Shown here: positions 18,583-24,415 of the stretch, one piece after another
Layout of the letters: each line of letters begins with the position of its first letter
Numbering within the stretch: position 1 is the first letter of the stretch
Source: Gemmatimonadales bacterium
GTDB taxonomy: Bacteria; Gemmatimonadota; Gemmatimonadetes; Gemmatimonadales; GWC2-71-9
Direction: 5' to 3'
Assembly (NCBI GenBank): GCA_037189525.1
Contig: JBBCJC010000010.1
Location: 1 to 24,415 of the forward strand
Length of the DNA stretch: 24,415 nt
Program-made: the position numbers and the translations under genes
The notes under the pieces: generated by a model
Database searches by the model: none
What the model saw: only the letters and a program-made list of their open reading frames with translations
Told to the model about the DNA's origin: nothing

Positions 18583-20850
18583 TCAGCGGGGCAGCACGGG
18601 CAGCACGATCCGGCTCGGGTGCAGGCTGCCGTGATGGATCGCCATTGCGGCCGGGATGGTTTGGGTGACGCGCGCTTCGTCGCCGCCGGTATTGGAGTTC
18701 GGGAACGAATAGTTGTTCATCGCGTTCATGACCGCGATGCGAATCCGGTGGCCCTTTTTGAAGGTGTTGGCGATCGATCGCAGCGCAACCTGGTACTCGA
18801 CCACCTCATCGGGATTGCCGGAGAGCAACCGCTCGGACTCGTAGTTGCGGTCCATCGCCCGGTTGACCGGATCGTCGAGGTCGCGGAACCGGGACCGGAG
18901 CACACCGAGCGTGATTCGATTCGATCGGCCGCTGGTGTCGACGTCGGCCAGGTGAATCCACCAGTCGGTATCGCGCGCGTCGGTGGAGGCGTGCAGGATC
19001 ATCATCACATTGCCGGCAATGGTGAGATCCTCTTCGAGCGGGGCCGAGGTGTAGGTCACCACGTCGGGGCGTGATTCGATGTCTTTGACGTCGTAGGGGA
19101 AGCTCTGGACGTCTTCCCACCGCTGCATCTGATCGAAATCATACCAGTTGGCCGGCGGGTTGGTCGGATCGTAGCGATAGCGGTCGGGAGCTCCGGGCGC
19201 CGTGGGAGTGTTGCGTACCAACTGACCTCGGCTGCGCAGCCGGGCGGCCTGTCCGTCGCTCTGGAGATACCACGGGGTGGGCGTCGCCTCGGCCGGCGGC
19301 CAGGTATTGGCCTGGCGCCACTGGTTGCTGCCCAGCACGAAGTAATCGACGGTCGGCGCCATCGTGGCGGACGCTTTGTTGCGCAGGAAGCGATCGTACC
19401 ATTGCTGCTTGAGCAGCCAGATGTCCTCGCGGAGCGCGGTTGGTCCGAAGCTGTAGCCGTTGAGCTGTCGATCGGCGTTGTAGCTGTGCTTCCAGGGGCC
19501 GATCACCAGACGCTGCGGACCCTGGCCGTATCGGGCCATCAGCGCCCAGTTGGCTTCGGTGCCGGCAAAGTCGTCGTCGAACCAGCCGCTGATCTGGAGC
19601 GACGAGAAGCGGCGCGGGTTGGTCGACCGATACCAGTTCTGTCGGGCCCAGTAGGCGTCGTTGGTCTGATGCGAGAGTAATCGCTTCCACTGCGGGATGT
19701 CCTCGCCGGTGGCGTAGCGGTCCAGGTCGATCAGCGGGCGGTAGTGGAGGATCTCGTTCCAGGTGCGGCCAGGCAGGATCGGCTTGTCGAGCATGAAGAA
19801 GACGTAGTACGCAATTCCTTCGACGATGGTACCGCCCCAGAAGGGCTGGTCGCTGAAGGCGGTGCCCATCGAACTCTCGGGTACGATGCATTTGAGCGCC
19901 GGGTTGTTGGCCATCGAGACGGCCCACTGGGTGTATCCGACGTACGATCCGCCCTGCATGCAGACCTGGCCGTCGGACCACGGTTGCCGGACCAGCCATT
20001 CGAGACTGGTCTTGCCGTCGGCGGGCTCGTTGATCATCGGATCCCAGGTGCCTTCGGATCGATTGGCGGCATCCCAGTAGATGGTCCCTCGTACCGCTTG
20101 AAGGACCACCGCGTACCCGCGAGCGACGTAGTGCCAGTATTCGAGGATCAGATTGCTGATCCCATACGGGGTGCGAACGAAGATGGTCGGAAAGGGTCCT
20201 TTCGCGTCTCGCGGCAGGTAGACCAGCGTGGCCAGGCGGGAGCCATCCTCCATGGGCACCATGGCGCGCTCGGCCAGGTGGTAGCCGTGGCGGGCGGGGG
20301 AGATGGTCGGCTCCTGCCAGCGGGAGACCGTGGTGAGTCCCTCGTAGCCGCGGCGGACCAGGACGACGTCGGCCCGGACGTCGATACCGGCAACCAGGTC
20401 ATCGGCCTGGTCCACCATCAGATCGACCGGGAGGCTGCCGTCCCGATGGGACCAGCGGGTGACCCGGACGGTCCGGCCGGCCACCACGGTTTCCCGCTCG
20501 GGCTGGCGGTCGTAGAGGGTGACGGCGTCCGGCCAGGCTACGGCGGGGGAGCGCCCCCACGGAATCTGCTCGAGCCGGGGCAGTTCGAGGGCCAGGTGGC
20601 GGATCCGGCCGGGGAGCAGGAAGGCGGTATCGGTGGCGGCCGGAGCACTCGACCGGGTGGTCGGCGGCGACCAGGCTCCCGATTCCGGGTTTCGTTTCCG
20701 GATGCTGTACCGGCCTGGGCCCAGGGTCAGTTCAGCCGCGTGGATGCCTTTGGTATAGACATCGAAGGTCCGGACCTCCTGAGAGGCGACCGGACCCGGG
20801 GTCCCGAGCAGCAGGATGGACAGGCCGAGAACGGGCAGGCTCGTGCGCAT
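18583..20850 (-). CDS. Secreted CocE/NonD family (peptidase S15) serine hydrolase with an N-terminal extension (755 aa)
   Basis: Signal peptide MRTSLPVLGLSILLL...ASQ, VPMEDGSRLAT.VYLP, RTPYG, WL..QPWSDGQV.MQGGSY (nucleophile), GWFDD, IGPWKH, and a PepX_C-type domain (ESRPDVVTYTS.PL). Start reassigned to the ATG at 20850. Confidence 0.92.
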   Translation of the reverse strand: MRTSLPVLGLSILLLGTPGPVASQEVRTFDVYTKGIHAAELTLGPGRYSIRKRNPESGAWSPPTTRSSAPAATDTAFLLPGRIRHLALELPRLEQIPWGRSPAVAWPDAVTLYDRQPERETVVAGRTVRVTRWSHRDGSLPVDLMVDQADDLVAGIDVRADVVLVRRGYEGLTTVSRWQEPTISPARHGYHLAERAMVPMEDGSRLATLVYLPRDAKGPFPTIFVRTPYGISNLILEYWHYVARGYAVVLQAVRGTIYWDAANRSEGTWDPMINEPADGKTSLEWLVRQPWSDGQVCMQGGSYVGYTQWAVSMANNPALKCIVPESSMGTAFSDQPFWGGTIVEGIAYYVFFMLDKPILPGRTWNEILHYRPLIDLDRYATGEDIPQWKRLLSHQTNDAYWARQNWYRSTNPRRFSSLQISGWFDDDFAGTEANWALMARYGQGPQRLVIGPWKHSYNADRQLNGYSFGPTALREDIWLLKQQWYDRFLRNKASATMAPTVDYFVLGSNQWRQANTWPPAEATPTPWYLQSDGQAARLRSRGQLVRNTPTAPGAPDRYRYDPTNPPANWYDFDQMQRWEDVQSFPYDVKDIESRPDVVTYTSAPLEEDLTIAGNVMMILHASTDARDTDWWIHLADVDTSGRSNRITLGVLRSRFRDLDDPVNRAMDRNYESERLLSGNPDEVVEYQVALRSIANTFKKGHRIRIAVMNAMNNYSFPNSNTGGDEARVTQTIPAAMAIHHGSLHPSRIVLPVLPR

Positions 20851-20965
20851 ACCGGGATTGCTCCGTGTTGTGATCGGGGGCTGGCGACAATATACAGGCG
20901 GGCCCGCCTGACGAGGGGGACAGGGCTCCGTTGCGGGCAAGTGCGTTGCTGGTAAAGGAGAAGGC

Positions 20966-20994
20966 TTGACCAAGGGGTGTCACCGGGGTAGCTT
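20966..20994 (+). promoter_or_regulatory. Sigma70 promoter of the str operon
   Basis: TTGACC-N17-TAGCTT, ending 40 bp upstream of the rpsL ATG. Confidence 0.75.
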
Positions 20995-21033
20995 CTGGGG
21001 CTCCGAATCTCGGGCCTTATAGGAAGATTGTTG

Positions 21034-21432
21034 ATGCCGACGATCAACCAGTTGGTGCGGCGCCCACGTAAGGCGCCCGTATACAAAGACAAGTCTCCTG
21101 CGCTCAAGCAGAACCCGTTCCGGCGGGGTGTTTGCACGCGCGTTTATACGGTTACCCCGAAGAAGCCGAACTCGGCCCTTCGGAAGGTGGCCAAAGTGCG
21201 GTTGTCCAACGGGTTTGAGGTGATTGCCTACATCCCCGGCGAAGGGCACAACCTGCAGGAGCATTCGATTGTCCTGATTCGCGGTGGTCGCGTCAAAGAC
21301 CTGCCGGGTGTCCGGTACCATATCGTTCGGGGTACGCTCGACGCCGCTGGGGTCAACGGCCGGAAGCAGAGCCGGTCGAAGTATGGCGCCAAGGCGCCCA
21401 AGGCCGGCGCACCGGCCGGAGGTAAGAAGTGA
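21034..21432 (+). CDS. rpsL: 30S ribosomal protein uS12 (132 aa)
   Basis: [37 protein letters not shown] and [16 protein letters not shown] at 21034. Confidence 0.99.
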   Translation: MPTINQLVRRPRKAPVYKDKSPALKQNPFRRGVCTRVYTVTPKKPNSALRKVAKVRLSNGFEVIAYIPGEGHNLQEHSIVLIRGGRVKDLPGVRYHIVRGTLDAAGVNGRKQSRSKYGAKAPKAGAPAGGKK

Positions 21433-21899
21433 GTCGGCGTAACAAGGCGATCCGGCGGCCGTTGCCGCCCGATCCGCGGTATGATAGCCAGACGGTTTCC
21501 AAGTTCCTCAACGCCATCATGTACGAGGGCAAGAAGAGCTTGGCCGAGCGGGTGTTTTATGGCGCGATGGACCTGATCGAAGAGCGGACCGGGCAGCCCG
21601 GTGTGACCGTCTTCAAGCAGGCCGTGGCCAACGCCAAACCGGCGGTCGAGGTCAAGAGCCGCCGGGTCGGTGGCGCCTCGCTGCAGGTGCCGGTCGAGGT
21701 TCGCCCGGAGCGGCGGACCGCGCTGGCCATGCGCTGGATCATTCAGTACGCGCGCGCCCGCACCGAGAAGACGATGTCGGAGCGGCTGGCGGCGGAGTTG
21801 ATCCTTGCCTCGAAGGGCGAGGGCAACACGATCAAGAAGAAGGAAGACACGCACAAGATGGCCGAGGCCAACCGTGCGTTTGCGCATTATCGCTGGTAG
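21429..21899 (+). CDS. rpsG: 30S ribosomal protein uS7 (156 aa)
   Basis: [16 protein letters not shown] and [21 protein letters not shown]. The GTG start overlaps the rpsL stop (GTGA). Confidence 0.99.
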   Translation: MSRRNKAIRRPLPPDPRYDSQTVSKFLNAIMYEGKKSLAERVFYGAMDLIEERTGQPGVTVFKQAVANAKPAVEVKSRRVGGASLQVPVEVRPERRTALAMRWIIQYARARTEKTMSERLAAELILASKGEGNTIKKKEDTHKMAEANRAFAHYRW

Positions 21900-22140
21900 G
21901 TAAGATCAGGCCCGCGTGACGGTAGGGGCGGTTGTCCCCCGCCACCTCCGGGCCGGAGAAAAAGCCGAGGGTTGCCTGACAGGCGCCCCCTCCAGTCGGA
22001 GTCGGACTGCAGTCGCGTAGGGCGACGGTCCGGGTTGGTACCGAGGAGGTCGTGCGGAGCGATACCGCGGGACAGGGTCCCGGCTGGTCGCCCCGCTTTT
22101 GTATTGACGGATACGTTTGGAAGGCTAAGGATCGATCAAC

Positions 22141-24237
22141 ATGGCTCGTACCACACCGCTCAGTCGCTATCGCAACATCGGCATCATGGCGCACATCGAT
22201 GCCGGCAAGACGACGACGACCGAGCGCATCCTCTACTACACCGGCAAGAGTCACAAGATCGGTGAGGTCCATGACGGCGCGGCCACCATGGACTGGATGG
22301 AACAGGAGCAGGAGCGGGGTATCACCATCACCTCCGCTGCCACGACCTGTTTCTGGACGCGGAACGACCAGGAGTACCGGATCAACATCATCGACACCCC
22401 CGGACACGTGGACTTCACGGCCGAGGTCGAGCGCTCGCTGCGCGTGCTCGACGGCGCGGTGACGTTGCTCGATTCGGTGGCTGGCGTCGAGCCGCAGACC
22501 GAGACGGTCTGGCGGCAGGCGGATCGGTACGGGGTGCCGCGGATCATCTTTGCGAACAAGATGGACCGGGTCGGCGCCAACTTCGATCGCTGTCTCCAGA
22601 TGATTCGTGACCGGCTCACCCGCCGGGCGTTTCCGTTGCAGCTGCCGGTCGGCTCGGGCGAGACGTTCACCGGGCACATCGACCTGCTGCGCCAGGTCGA
22701 GATCGTCTTCAACGATGAGACGATGGGCAAGACCTTCACCGAGATGCCGATTCCCGAGGCATTTCAGGAGCAGGTTGCCAAGTATCGTCACGAACTGATC
22801 GAGGCCGTCGTCGAGCATGAGGAAGAGCTGCTCGAGAAGTACCTCGAAGGGACCGAGCCGACGCTGGACGAGATCATGGGCGCGATTCGCCGCGCCACGA
22901 TCAACGGCTGGATCGTGCCGGTGCTCTGCGGCGCGTCGTTCAAGAACAAGGGCGTCCAGGCGCTGCTCGATTCGGTGATCGACTTCCTGCCGGCGCCGTC
23001 GGACATTCCGGCCATCAAGGGCCATCTGCCCCTGCACGACGACACGCAGGTCGAGCGGATTGCCTCGGATGACGAGTCCTTCTCGGCGCTGGCGTTCAAG
23101 ATCATGACCGACCCGTACGTGGGCCGGTTGACGTACTTCCGGGTCTACTCGGGTTCGATCAAGGCCGGCAGCTACGTCTACAACAGCACCAAGGACAAGC
23201 GCGAGCGGATCGGCCGCTTGCTGCAGATGCACGCCAACAAGCGGGAAGAGATCGAAGAGGTGCTGGCCGGCGACATCGCGGCGGCGATCGGTCTCAAGGA
23301 CACCCGCACGGGCGACACGCTCTCCGACGAGGAGAAGCCGGTCATCCTGGAGGCGATGAAGTTCCCGAACCCCGTCATCGACGTCGCGATCGAGCCGAAG
23401 ACCAAGGCCGACCAGGACAAGATGGGTATCGCGCTCGGCAAGCTGGCCGAGGAAGATCCGACCTTCAAGGTGCGCAGCGACGCGGAGACGGGTCAGACCA
23501 TCATCGCGGGCATGGGCGAGCTGCATCTGGAAATTCTGGTCGACCGGATGAAGCGCGAGTTCAAGGTCGAGGCCAATGTCGGCCGTCCGCAGGTAGCGTT
23601 CCGTGAGACGGTCCGTAAGAAGGTCACGCAGATCGAAGGCAAGTTCGTGCGGCAGTCGGGCGGTAAGGGTCAGTACGGCCATGTGGTCATCGACCTCGAG
23701 CCGGCCGAGGCGGGCACGGGCTTCCACTTCGAGGACAAGATCGTGGGTGGTGTGATCCCGCGTGAGTTCATCAAGCCGGTCGAGGCGGGCATCCGGGAGG
23801 CGCTCGAGAACGGCGTCCTGGCCGGGTATCCCGTGGTGGACGTCAAGGTGGCGCTGGTCTTCGGCAGCTACCACGACGTCGACAGCTCGGAAATGGCGTT
23901 CAAGATCGCGGGCTCGATGGCGTTCAAGGAGGCCTGCAAGCAGGCCGGTCCGATCATCCTCGAACCGATCATGGAAGTCGAAGTCGTCACCCCGGGCGAT
24001 TACCTGGGCGACGTCATCGGCGACCTGTCCAGCCGGCGCGGTAAGGTGGGTGGCATGACGCAGCGGGGCGATGCGCAGGTGGTCGCTTCGGAAGTGCCGC
24101 TCTCCGAGATGTTCGGGTACTCGACCAACCTGCGCAGCATGAGTCAGGGCCGGGCGGTGTACTCGATGCAGTTCGACCACTACGAGCAGGTGCCGAAGGC
24201 GGTCGAAGAGCAAATCGTAGCCAAGACCAAGAAATAA
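22141..24237 (+). CDS. fusA: Elongation factor G (698 aa)
   Basis: [56 protein letters not shown] and [13 protein letters not shown]. Confidence 0.99.
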   Translation: MARTTPLSRYRNIGIMAHIDAGKTTTTERILYYTGKSHKIGEVHDGAATMDWMEQEQERGITITSAATTCFWTRNDQEYRINIIDTPGHVDFTAEVERSLRVLDGAVTLLDSVAGVEPQTETVWRQADRYGVPRIIFANKMDRVGANFDRCLQMIRDRLTRRAFPLQLPVGSGETFTGHIDLLRQVEIVFNDETMGKTFTEMPIPEAFQEQVAKYRHELIEAVVEHEEELLEKYLEGTEPTLDEIMGAIRRATINGWIVPVLCGASFKNKGVQALLDSVIDFLPAPSDIPAIKGHLPLHDDTQVERIASDDESFSALAFKIMTDPYVGRLTYFRVYSGSIKAGSYVYNSTKDKRERIGRLLQMHANKREEIEEVLAGDIAAAIGLKDTRTGDTLSDEEKPVILEAMKFPNPVIDVAIEPKTKADQDKMGIALGKLAEEDPTFKVRSDAETGQTIIAGMGELHLEILVDRMKREFKVEANVGRPQVAFRETVRKKVTQIEGKFVRQSGGKGQYGHVVIDLEPAEAGTGFHFEDKIVGGVIPREFIKPVEAGIREALENGVLAGYPVVDVKVALVFGSYHDVDSSEMAFKIAGSMAFKEACKQAGPIILEPIMEVEVVTPGDYLGDVIGDLSSRRGKVGGMTQRGDAQVVASEVPLSEMFGYSTNLRSMSQGRAVYSMQFDHYEQVPKAVEEQIVAKTKK

Positions 24238-24274
24238 GTATCTCGAACCACTTGTTATTAGGACGATAGCGACA

Positions 24275-24415
24275 ATGGGCAAGGCGAAATTCGAGCGGAG
24301 CAAGCCGCACGTCAACGTTGGGACGATCGGGCACGTTGACCACGGGAAGACGACGACGACGGCGGCGTTGACGAAGATCGCGGCCGATAAGGGGCTGGGG
24401 TCGTACGTGCCGTAC
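24275..24415 (+). CDS. tuf: Elongation factor Tu (3'-truncated by the window end)
   Basis: Manual translation from the ATG at 24275 gives [47 protein letters not shown]. This ORF is not in the supplied track. Confidence 0.98.
   Translation, partial: MGKAKFERSKPHVNVGTIGHVDHGKTTTTAALTKIAADKGLGSYVPY

Noticed and set aside
3651..21033. Prophage, ICE, CRISPR array or anti-phage defence island
   Set aside because: I recognised no integrase, phage, cas or defence genes, no tRNA attachment site and no regularly spaced repeats.
21034..21432. Streptomycin-resistance substitutions in S12
   Set aside because: PKKPNSA and RVKDLPG are the canonical wild-type motifs.
22104..22132. Internal fusA promoter (TTGACG then TAAGGA/AAGGAT)
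   Set aside because: The -10 match is poor at both 16- and 17-bp spacing and coincides with the likely fusA RBS region.
22052..22462. 136-aa out-of-frame ORF starting right after AGGAGGT and overlapping fusA
   Set aside because: The SD-like sequence is only 1 nt from the GTG, too close for normal initiation, and the product has off-frame composition.
21832..24315. 827-aa ORF antisense to fusA
   Set aside because: Typical antisense shadow of a highly biased gene, with no independent protein signature.

Overview
High-GC window, most likely from a Gemmatimonadota-like genome or metagenomic contig (taxonomy inferred from recalled RpoC/EF-Tu/Csp sequence style, not from a search). It runs from a 5'-truncated rpoC to the str operon (rpsL-rpsG-fusA-tuf, tuf 3'-truncated). 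About 17.4 kb separates rpoC from rpsL. It holds a membrane Ser/Thr kinase-TPR gene, gltS, a csp-rpsU pair, a DUF47-pit phosphate operon with a candidate Pho box, an Ig-repeat M8-type metalloprotease lipoprotein, two tandem paralogous 4-TM proteins behind a sigma54-like promoter, and a hydrolase cluster (ArsR-like regulator, Tat-exported M19 dipeptidase, class A beta-lactamase-like protein lacking Glu166, class III aminotransferase, convergent CocE/NonD hydrolase). I saw no tRNA, rRNA, CRISPR array, integrase or transposase. Most notable: (1) the atypical beta-lactam/D-peptide-type hydrolase cluster, (2) an apparently chimeric first ~600 bp of rpoC, (3) a ~220-nt csp leader containing a terminator-like hairpin, (4) structured spacers before the dipeptidase and before fusA, and (5) the sigma54-linked orphan membrane protein pair. 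All family calls come from motif recognition by eye.
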